DNA of 64,000 nucleotides from Stegostoma tigrinum (GCF_030684315.1 NC_081370.1:25547078-25611077); one strand, 5' to 3'. Counted from the stretch's first letter, positions 26,651 through 40,174 are shown. Numbers and translations are program-made. Notes: generated from the sequence alone by a model not told the origin.

Positions 26651-28397
26651 TATACAGTAAAAAGTCCCTCCCTCCCTCTCTCTCTTCTCAAGCAATTCAT
26701 TTCCCTTTAACATCACACGATGATGATAAGATACCTCATCTTCATGCTCCTGCTCCTCTCCACTTTCCATTAATGCACACTTTCTGAATAGTTACTTACT
26801 TTTTTTCGTTTTTCTCTGAGAAAGGAAGAGCCAGGGCAGTGTTAAAGTGTCACAGCAGAACGCTTCCCTTGGCTACATTGGGAACTTATGAGTCCGGGGA
26901 ACTTGATGATGCTCTGTTTTTAATGTGTTTTTCTGGGGCATTATTTTCTCCCTGCTTCCCCACCCAGTCGTGCACGTAAAGCTGTTGGTCTCTATTGTAT
27001 TGCAAAGTAAACTAAGCAGTAATCCCATGAGCATCCCTATGCTTTGGAGGGAGAGAGAATTCAGTTACCATCTGAGTCCAAATTTGTAAGAAACTAGGGG
27101 CTTTGTCCTCACATTATCATCACAGAAAGAAAATTGTTAAGCTGTTCCACAGTCACGCAAAATTACTGTGATCAAGGAAACTCTCACACTTAGTTGACAG
27201 TAGTACAGTTCAAACTTACAGAATGGACACCATTGTAAATTTTGAAGTGATGTTGAAATATTTTCTCAACTTAGAGGCTCAAGGGTTAGAGTCTCATTTT
27301 GGCAATAATGTATTGACACCTTAAATGTAACTGGCACTTCTTTGTGGCTTCACTACAGAGTTGCTGGCACTTTCCAAAATTATATTTCATTCATTTTTTC
27401 CATAATGAGTCATGACTTAAACTGATGTTGGGTTACGATAAATTAATTATCCCTATCCTTTCTCTGCTGTACTGGAAATCATATGAAAAGTTAAGGGAAA
27501 GCAATCAATAAAAAGGTTGATCCAGATAAATAATTCAATACTTGTTTTAAGTCAATATTTATCCGGATTAGGTATACAGGTGATGAAGAGATTTATAATG
27601 TTGTGAAGAACAGAAGTAAAACCATGGATTGAGAGTTTTAGAAACGAGTAAAAGGATAAAAATATTAATAAAAACAGAAAACATAGATTGAAATTAAACT
27701 AGCCAGATATGTAAAACCTTTATAAGAATATAAAGAGGAAAGTAACTAAACATTTCTCCCTAAAACACAGGAGAAATTATCACTGGGAATGAAGAGATAA
27801 CAGAGGCCAAATGCTATACAAACACAGTTAATAAGTGTGACACATTAGGCAAAATGACTTACATATGGAAAATGAAGTGTTATCAAGGAGTGAACAACAG
27901 TGCGGAGTTTCAAATAATTAGTATCAGAACAGAAAAAAGAGTGAGAATTATAAACCACCAATTCTGATGGCCTGCACCGAGGGTTGTAAAAGTGACAGTT
28001 GCACAGGATGGATATAAGAGTTATTATTTTCCAAAAATCTCTGGATCCAAAGTTAGAAAATGTAACACCACTGTACACTAAAAAAAGTAAGGAAACAAAA
28101 ATAGGGAAATGCAGGCTACTTAGCCAGACACCAATTATTGGGAAAATCCTGGAATTTATGAATAAGTAGAACTTAATAATGTAATCTGAAAATCATGGCA
28201 TGGTTTTACAAAGTCAGCACGGTTTTACAAAAGGGAAATCATGAAGTCATAGAGTTATTAAGGCACAGAAAGAGACCCTCAGCCCATGGAATCCATGTTC
28301 CTGAGAAATCAATCAGTCCCATTACACTGTTTTATCCCCATAGACCTATAAGTTTATTTCACTCAAGTGCCCATCAAATTTCTTTTGTCATTTTTTT

Positions 28398-28712
28398 TAG
28401 AATTAGAATTAGAATTAGAATCCTTACAGTGTGGAAACAGGCCCTTTGGCCCAAAAAGTCCACACTGAACCTCAGAATATCCCACCCAGACCCATCCCCT
28501 ATAACCCACCTAATCTACACCTCCCGGAACACTATGGGCAATTTTGCATGGCCAATCCACCTACCCTGCAAATCTTTGGACCGTGGGAGGGAACCAGAGC
28601 ACCTGGAGGAACCCCACGCAAACACAGGGTTAATGTGCAAACTCCACGCAGACAGTCACCCCAGCCTGGAATCGAACCCAGATCCCTGGTGCTAACCACT
28701 GCGCCCCCACGC
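28398..28712 (-). mobile_element. HE1-type V-SINE with (TTCTAA)n tail
   Basis: B box gggttcgattcc on the minus strand; tail reads ttagaattagaattagaa on the plus strand. Confidence 0.85.
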
Positions 28713-29140
28713 CGCCTCTACTTATCCTTACTTCCACCAGCCTAGCATTAATCAAATTCCAGATCATTATCACACATTGCATAAAAAAGTTCTTTCTCAC
28801 ATCTCCTATGCATCCGTTGCTAAAAACTTAAATTTGTGTTGATTTGTACTATCAGCTAATCAAACAGCTTTTTTTTTGTCTGGCCTCTCCAAAGAAATCT
28901 ATAAATGACATAGAAGAAAACATGGAGGATAGGTAAGTTAGAAGATGATACGATGATAGGCTGGGCAGTTGACAGTGATGAAGGAGGAGGATATAAACAG
29001 TCAATAAGGTTCACATGTTCAGAAAGGAGAGATCACATCCAGAGTGAGACAGCCCAAGTGAGTATATAGTTTGGGGAATTTAGAATATGTCAGAATAGAC
29101 TGGATAGACATAGAAGTGTGACATCACAGGTAAACCATAG

Positions 29141-29340
29141 AGATAGAAGGAACTGCCAATGCTGGAGAATCTGAGATAACAAGGTGTAGAGCTGGATGAA
29201 CACAGCAGGCCAAGCAGCATCAGAGGAGCAGGAAAGCTGACATTTCAGGTCGACACCTTTCTTCAGAATTGGGTCTCAACCTGAAATGTCAGCACTGATG
29301 CTGCTCGGCCTGCTGTGTTCATCCAGCTCTACACCTTGTT
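29141..29340 (-). mobile_element. Fold-back PLE pLTR element with hammerhead motif and perfect 18-bp TSD
   Basis: TSD atcacaggtaaaccatag at 29123-29140 and 29341-29358; minus strand reads CTGAAGA-aaggtgtcgacct-GAAAT-GTC. Confidence 0.92.
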
Positions 29341-29784
29341 ATCACAGGTAAACCATAGGTGTTTTTGGTAGAAATTAACTACCAATTTGACTATCTATTA
29401 AAGATAATTTCAGATTGAAGGTAAGTAGGCAAAATATTTACATGCTGCAAACTAAAAGACCAATACAAAATTTTAAAATATCAAATTAAGAACTAAGTAA
29501 TTAAAATAGAGATGTTGGACCAGGCCATGTGTTGTAATTGCATGGTGTGCTTGCTGGTGGACCCTATTGTAGTTCATAATGATCATATTTGTCGCAAGTA
29601 TTGGTTGCTTGAGGAAATCCAGCTTAGAGTCTGAGTTTTAAACATTGCAATGCATCAAGGAGGGGAAGAGTTACCTGATCATTGTGTTTCAGGAGCCAGT
29701 CACATTCCTTAGACTATCTACCTCAAATTCAATCACGGGTCAGGGACAGGAGGATGTGACTGCAAGCACGGCAGGTAGAGGGTG

Positions 29785-30646
29785 AGAAGGTTATCTCAGA
29801 GTACAACAGGACCTTGATCAGATGGGCCAATGTTTTGAGGCATGACAGATGGAGTTTAATTTGGATAAATGCAAGTTGTCACATTTTGGTAAGGCAAATC
29901 AGGGCTGGACTAATGAACTTAACAGTAGGGTCCTGAGAAGTGTTGCCGAACAAAGAGACCTTGGAAAGTAGATTAATAGATCCTTGAAGGTGGAGTCACA
30001 GGTAGACAGGTATGAAGAAGGCGTTTGCATTGAGTGTATGAGTTAGGTTATCATGTTATGGCAGTACAGGACATTGGTTTAGGCCACTTTTGGAATCCTG
30101 CATTCAGTTCTGGCCTCCATGCAATAGGAAAGATGTTGATACACTTGAAAGAGTTGAGAAAGGATTTACAAAGATGTTGCAGGGTTGGAGGGTTTGAGCT
30201 GTAAGGAGAGGCTGAATAGGCTGGGAATGTGTTCCCTGGACTGTTGGACACTGAGAAGCAATCTTATAGAGTTTATAAAATCATGAGGGGCATGGATAGG
30301 GTGAATAGCTGAGGTCTTTTTCCCAAGGTAGGGGAGTCCAAAAAAAAACTAGAGGGCACAGGTTTAAGATTGGAGGGGAAATATTTAAAAGGGACCAAAG
30401 GGCAACTTTTCCACACACAGCTGGGTGCATGTATGGAATGAGATGTCAGAGATGGTGGTGGAGGTGGAATGAATTGCGGCATTTAAAAAACATCTGGATG
30501 GGTACATGAATACGAAGGGTCGTGAGGGATATAGGCCAAATTCTGGAAAATGGGACTGGACTAATTTAGGATATATGAATGGCATGGATGAGTTGGACTG
30601 AAGGGTTTGTTTCTGTGCTCGACAATCCTATGACTCTATGACTCTA
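29785..30646 (+). mobile_element. CR1 3' fragment nested in the older CR1
   Basis: ORF2 C-terminal motifs; ends in ctatgactctatgactct microsatellite tail. Confidence 0.85.
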
Positions 30647-31499
30647 ATGCTGAAGGAGCCTCAGCCTTCGAGCTTGCCTAACATGTTAGAGACTCTTGTT
30701 CCCTTTGTGGATGAGAGTGCGAGTTGTAGAGAGGATGAGCAAAGTGACCATAGCACCATGGTACAGGGAGTCATTCAATATGCCGAGAAAAGAGAAATGT
30801 AGTTCTAATCAAGGATAGTATAGTCAGGGAGTAGATTCCATTCTCTGTGGCCAGAATCAAAAGTCTCAAAGACTGTGTTACCAGCCTGGTGCCCAAGTTC
30901 AGAATGTCTCATCTGGACTGCAGAGGAACTTGGAGTGGTAGGGGAATGATCAAGTCATAACGGTCCGACTAGGTACCAGTGATATAGGTAAAAAGGGGAA
31001 AGGCGTTCTGCTGAGGCAGATGAGCTGTAAGAAGCTAAATTATAAAGCAGAACCAAAAAGTTAATAATCTCTGGATTAGCCACAAGCTAACTTGCACAGG
31101 GTCAACACAGAAGTAAACGTGTGGCTCAAAGACTGGTGTGGGGGGAAACAGGTTTGAAGTCATGGGACATTGGTACCAGTAGTGGGAAAGGGGAGAGGTG
31201 TTCAGATGGGACAGACTGTACCTGAAACATGTAGGAACCACAGTCCTGGCGAATCACGTAACTAAGGCAGCGGATAGGGTTTCAAACTAAGGCGAGGGGT
31301 TCCGATGCATGCAAAATTATGGAAAAAGCTAAAGGGGAGGAGGGCTCAGCAGAGGTTATTAATGTTTCCAGAGTGTGTAATAGGACAGAGAGTATGGAAA
31401 GGGTTAGGAATCTGACTTTAGGAACAGCAGGTAGGGGGACAGCTATGACAAGGAGGGTACTCAATACAGGACTGTGGGTGGTGTACTTCAATGCATGCA

Positions 31500-31590
31500 A
31501 GGTCAAAAATCACATGTCACCAGGTTATAGTCCAACAGCTTTATTTGAAAACACAAGCTTTCGGAGCCTCGCTCCTTCTACAGGCTTCAG
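31500..31590 (-). mobile_element. Third PLE pLTR family, solo, with hammerhead-like motif
   Basis: Minus strand: CTGtaGA-aggagcgaggctcc-GAAAGCTTgtg (stem ggagc/gctcc, palindromic AAGCTT). Confidence 0.6.
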
Positions 31591-31890
31591 ACCTCCACAC
31601 CAAAATTACATGCAGTATACCAAACAATGTAAATGAGCCTGTAGCACATTTTGGAATTGGCAGGTACAATGTTGTGGGACCAGGGCTTGGAACTAAGTAT
31701 CCAAGGGTACATGTCCTATTGAAAGGGCAGGGAGATGGGCAGAGGGGGCTGTGTTGCCTTGTTAGTAAGAAAGTAAATTAAATTAAAACAAGAACTTATG
31801 TATAATCGGGAGGCATAGAATCTGTGTGGGTAGAGTTCAGGAACCGCAAAGAAAAAAAGATCCTGATGCGAGTTGATTACTGCTAGCAGT

Positions 31891-32096
31891 GGTCGTAGAA
31901 GTCTTGTGGTGAGTTCTGACATGTTCCTGATGTAAGGTAGTGTGATGAGTGTGTTGGGGCGTTTAGAACCTTTCTGATGCTGTTCCTGTAAGCATCTCCT
32001 GATGCAGTTCTTTGGATATTCATTATGCTTGAACACTTGGAAGAGGTATCCCTCCTCCTCTTGGCGTAGTTCCATGTTGTTGCACTATTTAAAAGG
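31891..32096 (-). mobile_element. Internal Poseidon-type PLE fragment
   Basis: ORF 31716-32075 EEEGYLFQVF...TLPYIRNMSELTTRLLRPL is nearly identical to 32717-32944; flanked by gctagcagt duplicates. Confidence 0.8.
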
Positions 32097-32681
32097 GCTA
32101 GCAGTAATCAGGTTGTGGGGAAGAAAATGATTCAGGATTTAGAAAAGACATGTAAGAAAGGCACTATTGCAATAAGCAAGAAGACTGGGAAAATCAGGTT
32201 AGTAGTGGATCTCAAGATAAGGAATTCGTGGAATGTCTGCAAGATGGATTTTTGAAACAGCTTGTGGTAGAGCCCACTAAGGAACAGACAGTTCTGCATT
32301 TGGTGTCATGTGATGAGACAGGCTTGACTAGGGAGCTCAACATGAAAGAATCCCGAGGGGCAGTGACTATAATATGATAGAATTCACCTGCAGTTTGAGA
32401 GGGAGAAGCTGAAATAATATGTTACGGTATTAGAATTGCGTAAATACATAACATGAGGGAGGAAGTGGCCAGAGATGGTTGCAAGGGGAGCTTCGCAGAG
32501 AAGACAGTGGAGCAACAATGGCAGGAATTTCTGGGCATAATTCAGGAGGCACAGCAGAAATACATTCCAAGGAAGAAGAAATATACTAAGGGAAAGCAAA
32601 TATGTCTGACAGGGAAAGTCAGGAAAAGCATACAAGCAAAAGGAAACAACATACAATGTGGTGAAGATTAGTGGGAAGCTA

Positions 32682-33455
32682 CAGTGTGTTGTTGCCCTTT
32701 TAAATAGTGCAGCAACATGGAACTACACCAAGAGGAGGAGGGATACCTTTTCCAAGTGTTCCAGGATAATGGATACCCAAAGAACTGGGTCAGGAGATGC
32801 CTTCAGGAGCAGCATCAGAAAGATTCTACATGCCCCAACACACTCATCACTCTACCCTACATCAGAAACATGTCAGAACTCACTACAAGACTTCTACGAC
32901 CGCTGGGCATCAGAGTGGCACACAAACCCACATCAACCCTATAACAAGTGTTCACCTGAACTAAAGACCCATTCCCCGCCATGGACAGGACCAATGCCAT
33001 CTACAAGATCCCCTGCAGAGACTGTGAGAAACACTACATCAGACAAACAGGAAGGAAACTAACAACAAGAGTACATGGACACCAATTGGCTGCAAAAAGA
33101 CACGACAAATACTCACTCATCTCAATCCACATGGACAAGGAGAAACACCACTTCGGCTGGGACAACACCATGATCTGGGACAGGCAAGGCAGAGACAAGC
33201 ACGAGAATTCATGGAAGCATGGCACTCCATGAAGCAGGTTATTAATAAACACATTGAACTCGACCTCATATATATTCCACTACGGAGGAAACCTGGAAAT
33301 GAGGAAATCCATCGCGACGGACCCCAGAGTTTAAAAGCCAGGCGGGAAAACACATTGATACTTCATCAGAGGTTGCACTGAAGATGTTACCAAGCATGGT
33401 AATGAAACGTCTGCAGAACAATAAACCAGCTCAGCGAGCCAACCAACCTCAACAT
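32682..33455 (+). mobile_element. 5'-truncated Poseidon-type PLE (RT thumb, GIY-YIG, pLTR), frameshifted
   Basis: NAIYKIPCRDCEKHYIRQTGRKLTTRVHGH GIY-YIG motif; terminal hammerhead. Confidence 0.9.
33374..33415 (+). ncRNA. Minimal type I hammerhead ribozyme motif
   Basis: TGCA-CTGAAGA-t-gttacca(agca)tggtaat-GAAAC-GTC-TGCA: stem I 4 bp, stem II 7 bp, ACGT palindromic stem III. Confidence 0.8.
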
Positions 33456-33859
33456 TCCTGCCATTTCTTGTTCACAGGAAACCATCGTGCAAAAGTTCTA
33501 TATTTATCTTTAAAATGGTGTTTGCATTTCAACAGTAACTAATTGTAAAGGTCTGAGACGTACATGACAAGGTGTTGTGTAAATGAAGTTTTCTTTGTTT
33601 GCTCATGTGCGAGCTTCCATTTCATTGAGGAGCATGGTCCATCAAATAATATTTCTATTTGTCACAACAGCCATGCAGGCTTCCAAATAGGATGAGCAAT
33701 ATCTTCTTATTTCTCTTTAATTATTGGTGGTTTTATTTGTGGATGTGGTCACTGGGAATTCAGTTAATATTGTCTAAATTAATTGCATTTGGGATCGTAA
33801 CAGGTACAATTAAAGATAACATTCATCATAAGATATACATAAGATTTGTATCATTGAAA

Positions 33860-35517
33860 GCCACTGTTGAGGTGCTGTAAGACGGGAGATTGGCTAACAT
33901 GGTGTAACTAATTAAGAGAAGTAGTAAGGAAAATCCAGGGGACTATAGACCCTTGAGCTTGACATTGGTGGTGGGTACGTTGTTGAAGGGGATTCTGAGG
34001 GACAGGATTTACATGTATTTGGAAAGGCAAGGACTCATTAGGGATCGTCAACATGGCTTTGTGCATTGGAAATCATGTCTCACTAACTTGATTGAGTTTT
34101 TTGAAGAAGTAACAAAGAGGATTGATGAGGGCAGAGCAGTGAATGTGATCTATATGGACTTCAGTATGGTGTTCAACAAGGTTCCTCATGGCAGACTGGT
34201 TAGCAAGGTTAGATCTCACAGAATACAGGGAGAACAAGCCATTTGGATACAGAACTGGCTTGAAGGTAGGAGACAGAGGGTGGTAGTGGAAGGTTGCTTT
34301 TCAGATTGGAGACCAGCAGTGTACCACAAGAATCAGTGCTGGTTCCACTGCTTTTCATTATTTACACAAACAATTTGGTTATGAACATAGGAGGTATGGT
34401 TAGTAAGTTTGCAGATGACTCCAAATTGGACGTGTAGTGGACAGCAAAGAAAATGGCCTCAGAATACAATGGGATCTTGATTGAATGGGCCAATGGGCCA
34501 ATAAGTGGCAGATAGAGTTTAATTCAGACAGTTGTGAAGGGTTGTATTGTGCAAAGGCGAATCAGGGCAGGACTTGTACATGTTGCAGTTGGTTGGCTCA
34601 TCGAGCTAGCTCGTTGTACTGCAGACCGTTGAATGCCTTACTGAAGTCCATATAGATCACGCCCACTGCTCTGCCCTCATCAAGTGGCTTTGTCGGAGGC
34701 TGCACTGATGATGTTACCCAGCAGGGCAATGAAACATCTGTGGAACAACAAATCAGCTCAGCGAGCCAACCAACCTCAACGTCCAAAACCTGAGCTACAA
34801 ATCTACTACAAAACCTTACAGGATATACACACTTAATGGTGAAGTGTTGCTGAACAAAGAGACCTTGGTGTGCAAGTTCATAGTTCCTTGAAAGTGCAGT
34901 CACAGGTAGATAGGACAGTGAAGAAGGCATTTGGTATGCTTGCTTTTATTGGTCAGTGCGTTGAGCATAGGAGTTGACTGTACAGGACATTGGTTAGGCC
35001 ACTATTGGCATACTGCATGCAATTCTGGTCACCCTGCAGTAGGAAGGATGCTGTGAAACTAGAAAGGGTTCAGAAGAGATTTACGAAGATCTGGCCAGTG
35101 TTGCAAGGTTTGAGCTATAGCGAGAGGCTGAGCTGGCTGGGACTATTTTCCCTGGATTGTCGGAGACTGAGGGGTGACTCTGTCATGACGGGAACGGATA
35201 CAGTCTTTTTCCTGGGGTGTGGGAGTCCAAAACTAGAGGGCATAGGTTTAAGGTGAGATAGGAGAGATTTAAAAAGGACGTAAGGGACAACTTTTTCACG
35301 CAGAAGGTGGTGCGTGTATGAATGAGCTGCTGGGGAAGTGGTGGAATTTCAATGTTTAAAAGGCATCTGGATGGGTATGTGAGTAGGAAGGGTTGAAAGA
35401 GAAATGGGCCAAATGCTGGCAAATGGGACTAGATTTATTTAGGATATCTGGTCAGCATGGATGAGTTGGACCAAAGGGTCTGTTTCTGTGCTGTATATCT
35501 CTGTGATTCTAGACTCT
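33860..35517 (+). mobile_element. CR1 RT and 3' fragment, degenerate
   Basis: ORF 33953-34384 [24 protein letters not shown]; 34990-35256 YCMQFWSP..LERVQKRFT. Confidence 0.9.
34581..34817 (+). mobile_element. Poseidon-type pLTR insertion with inverted arm and a captured inverted CR1 segment
   Basis: pLTR with degenerate hammerhead (CTGATGA...GAAACATC) at about 34700-34740; about 34629-34683 is reverse-complement CR1 RT ([18 protein letters not shown]). Confidence 0.8.
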
Positions 35518-35738
35518 AAATGAAAAACAGCATTTGATCAGTCATAATTTATCCATCCAGGATAATTGCATTTACCATATTGCAGCATCCAATTCGTTTC
35601 TTAAATAATTCTAGGCAATTTTTTCTGCACTCCACTGCTTGGAACTGTATTGAACATTTTGGATTGTCCCATGTGTGAATTACTATTTCCTATATAAATC
35701 CTGAGATTATGTTTTACTAGTTTAAAATTGCATCACTT

Positions 35739-38472
35739 AGGCCAACTTCCGGGATTTAGATGTTTCAGTAAGAACAGAGAAGATGGTAAAAGGGGCGGAG
35801 GTGTGGCATTGTTGGTCAAGGACAGTATTACAGTTGCAGAAAGGATGTTTGGGGACTCCTCAACTGAGGTAGTATGGGCTGAGGTTAGAAACAGGAAAGG
35901 AGAGGTCACCCTGTTGGGAGTTTTCTATAGGCCTCTGAATAGTTCCAGAGATGTAGAGGAAAGGGTAGCAAAGATGATTCTCGATAGGAGTGAGAGAGAC
36001 AGGGTAGTTGTCATGGGGGACTTCAACTTTCCAGATATTGACTGGGAACACTATAGTTCGAGTACTATAGATGGGTCAGTTTTTGTCCAGAGTGTGCAGG
36101 AGGGCTTCCTGACACAGTATGTAGATAGGCCAACAAGGGGCGAAGCCACATTAGATTTGGTACTGGGTAATGTGCCCAGCCAGGTGTTAGATTTGGAAGT
36201 AGGTGAGCACTTTGGTGATAGCGATCACAATTCTGTTAGGTTTACTGTAGTGATGGAAAGGGATAGGTGTATACCACTGGGCAAGAGTTATAGCTGGGGG
36301 AAAGGCAATTACGATGAGATTAGGCAAGATTTAGGGAGCATAGAATGGGGAAGGAAACTGCAGGGGATGGGCACATTAGAAATGTGGAGCTTATTCAACA
36401 AAAAGCTCCTGGGTGTCCTAGATAAATATGTACCTGTCAGGCAGGGAGGAAGCTGTAGAGTGCGGGAGCCGTGGTTTACGAAGGAGGTGGAATCTCTGGT
36501 CAAGAGGAAGAAGAAGGCTTATGTTAGGATGAGATGTGAAGGCTCAGTTAGGGCACTTGAGGGCTACGAGGTAGCCAGGAAAGACCTCAAGAGAGAGCTC
36601 AGAAGAACCAGGAGGAGACATGAGAAGTTGTTGGCGGATAGGATCAGGGTAAACCCTAAGGCTTTCTATAGGTATTTAAGGAATAAAAGAATGACGAAAG
36701 TAAGATTAGGCCCAATCAAGGATAGTAGTGGTAAGTTGCGTGTGGAGTCAGATGAGATAGGGGAAGCGCTAAATGAATATTTTTCAACAGTATTCACTCT
36801 AGAAAACGACAATGTTGTTGAGGAGAATACTGAGATACAGCCTACTAGACTAGGTGGGATTGAGGTTCACACGGAAGAGGTATTAGAAATCCTTCAGAAG
36901 GTGAAGATAGATAAGTCCCCTGGGCCGGATGGGATTTATCCTCGGATCCTCTGGGAAGCCAGGGAGGAGATTGCCGAGCCTTTGGCATTGATCTTTAACT
37001 CATCATTGTCTACAGGAATAGTGCCAGATGACTGGAGGATAGCAAATGTGGTTCCCCTGTTCAAGAAGGGGAGTAGAGACAACCCTGGTAATTATAGACC
37101 AGTGAGCCTTACCTCAGTTGTTGGTAAAGTGTTGGAAAAGGTTATAAGGGATAGGATTTATAATCATCTAGAAAAGAATAAATTGACTAGGGATAGTCAG
37201 CACGGTTTTATGAAGGGAAGGTCGTGCCTCACAAACCTTATTGAGTTCTTTAAGAAGGTGACCAAACAGGTAGATGAGAGTAAACTGGTCGATGTGGTGT
37301 ATATGGATTTCAGCAAGGCGTTCGATAAGGTTCCCCACAATAGGCTATTGTACAAAATGTGGAGGAATGGAATTGTGGGAGATATAACAGTTTGGATCGG
37401 AAATTGGCTTGCTGAAAGAAGACAGAGGGTGGTAGTTGATGGGAAATGTTCATCCTGGAGACCAGTTACTAGTGGTGTACCGCAAGGGTCGGTGTTGGGT
37501 CCACTGCTGTTTGTCATTTTTATAAATGACCTGGATGAGGGCGTAGAAGGATGGGTTAGTAAATTTGCAGACGACACTAAGGTCGGTGGAGTTGTGGATA
37601 GTGACGAAGGATGCTGTAGGTTGCAGAGAGACATAGATAAGCTGCAGAGCTGGGCTGAGAGGTAGCAAATGGAGTTTAATGCAGACAAGTGTGAGGTGAT
37701 GCACTTTGGTAGGAGTAACCGGAAGGCAAAGTACTGGGCTAATGGTAAGATTCTTAGCAGTGTAGATGAGCAGAGAGATCTCAGTGTCCATGTACACAGA
37801 TCCTTGAAAGTTGCCACCCAGGTTGACAGGACTGTTAAGAAGGCATACAGTGTTTTAGCTTTTATTAATAGAGGGATCGAGTTCCAGAACCAAGAGGTTA
37901 TGGTGAAGCTGTACAAAACTCTGGTGCGGCCGCGCTTGGAGTATTGTGTACAGTTCTGGTCACCGCATTATAAGAAGGATGTGGAAGCTTTGGAAAGGGT
38001 GCAGAGGAGATTTACTAGGATGTTGCCTGGTATGGAGGGAAGGTCTTACGAGGAAAGGCTGAGGGACTTGAGGCTGTTTTCATTAGAGAGAAGAAGGTTG
38101 AGAGGTGACTTAATTGAAACATATAAAATAATCAGAGGGTTAGATAGGGTGGATAGGGAGAGCCTTTGTCCTAGGATGGTGACGGCAAGCACGAGGGGGC
38201 ACAGCTTTAAATTGAGGAGTGAAAGATATAGGACAGATGTCAGAGGTAGTTTCTTTACTCAGAGAGTAGTAAGGGAATGGAACGCTTTGCCTGCAACGGT
38301 AGTAGATTTGCCAACTTCAGGTACATTTAAGTCGTCATTGGACAAGAATATGGACGTACATGGAATAGTGTAGGTTAGTTGGGCTTGAGATCGGTATGAC
38401 AGGTCGGCACAACATCGAGGGCCGAAGCACCTGTACTGTGCTGTAATGTTCTATGTTCTATGTTCTATGTTC
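35739..38472 (+). mobile_element. Young CR1/HER1 LINE, 5'-truncated; ORF2 (APE part + RT) open except for one TAG at 37663-37665
   Basis: APE motifs GDFNFP and GDSDHN; RT motifs [22 protein letters not shown]; ORFs 35728-37665 and 37669-38373 in the same frame; (TTCTATG)n tail. Confidence 0.97.
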
Positions 38473-40174
38473 CTGTGTCTAAAGTAATGTGCCATAGCCA
38501 GCTGGAGTCTGATAACACATGGTAACACGATATTTGGGACCTTACTGAATCATGAAAACAAATATAAACCATCTTAATCAATGAGATTTAGAGATTGAGG
38601 AATAAACAGAGGAATGACTCAGCAAGTTAAACTAAAAAGGGCAAATTCGTAGCAAGTAATATATGAAAAGACAAATAAAGTGGGAAATGAAAGAGGGAGT
38701 GAGAGAAAATGAATGGAAAAACCAAAATGTTTACAACTTGACATTATGAACATTTGACAATTTCAACAATTCCCTACCTGAAGGAATGATAATGCGTGTG
38801 AGTTTAAGAAGCAATGTTCAAATTCTTCACTTCATGAAATTCTCAGATTAATTACAAGATATGTCATCAAAACTAACAGCAGAGGCACATAACTTCTTTA
38901 GCAACTCATGGTAATTTTCAATTCATGGGTCATCTCTTCCTGATCAAAGACTACTGGCCAATTTGCACAGTAGCAATTGCATGTATTATTTATAAGTTCT
39001 GACACAATCTACAAATTTAGATTTTCTACTTCCTTGAGCACCTTGTGTACCGCGAGAGGATGAATTAGCGGATTCTTCCATTCTAATGTCACAAGTGTAT
39101 CAACATTTTACATATTTTGTACATGAAGTTAAGATGTCTTTTAAAATAAATATGGGAAGACCTGCAAAATAGCACTTGAAAGTCAAATCACTTCACTTGT
39201 GGCTTTAATTGTAGCCAAAATAATCAGATAATCAGATTCTGTTATTTTAAGAGTCAATTGCAAGTGGTTATTAACAAATTTAAGGATTCTGGGACTGTGC
39301 ATTGAACCCTCAAAAGATGGGAGACTCAAGCTTTTGAACTGCTGAATAGGATTCAGGAAGAAGCACATCATAAGAAGTGCTGTGAACAATAACTCTTTAA
39401 AAAGTTGGTCTGATTCCAAGACATTTGAAAAGGAATGGACACACACATCTCGAGAGCACCCCTGAGAATCAGAAAGACTGGGAATGGGATTGAAAACCAT
39501 GAAATCAGGACTCGCCTGCAATTCCTAAAAATCTCCTATGTAATCTTGACTATGTGAAAATCTAAGTAGTTAAACATTTGGCTATTTGTCCACACTATCG
39601 CTAAGACTGCCTTTTTCCTCAATCCCTCAATCTGCCCCTTACTCTGCTTATCTGTTTCTGAATCCTTCAGCCACGCCTTTGTAATTTTTACGTTTGTCTT
39701 TCTCAACATAGAATTAAACAGGCACTTGCATTCCATATTCTGTACTTGTAAGAACATCGAAACCTCTGCTTGTTTTTCCTTCATGTTAATAGTGAGACAG
39801 CCATCCATTCTGCTGCCTGTGTCCTGAATCCACATTTGATGTCTTCATCAAAATTTTACTTTTCTGTAGCTTATTGAAGGCTTTAAGAAAATCCATAATT
39901 ATTTCTAGTATATTTTAATTCCGTCCCCTTTTGAATACTACTTCAAAAACATTCAACCACCACTAACTTTCCAATTGAAAATTTGACAGGAAGCTTCAAC
40001 ATGGCAAAAATCAAGACAATTTAGGAACCACTGTTTCACACTGACATGGTGGAAAGCTCAAACTTGCTTCCTTAAAAAATATGAGGTGATAAGTCAATTG
40101 AAATTTCCAGGACTCTCTGTTGTTAGATCAGGATACAGAACAAGGGCATGTAAAAGGAGCTGATATGCGTATGA

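Larger units (their letters stand above)
29520..32680 (+). mobile_element. Old CR1 5' half (ORF1 Cys-rich and esterase-like region, APE relic), host to nested insertions
   Basis: Cys/His motif homologous to ORF 42342-42596 (CxxCxMW...HICxKC); APE-like relics at 31.6-32.6 kb. Confidence 0.65.

Noticed and set aside
25728-26710. Several 60-116 aa ORFs in the CpG island
   Set aside because: Overlapping, low-complexity, no recognisable homology; expected in GC-rich promoter DNA
26870-26897. ZNF143/SBS-like motif (tgggaacttatgagtcc)
   Set aside because: Several mismatches to TGGGAATTGTAGT; not supportable without data
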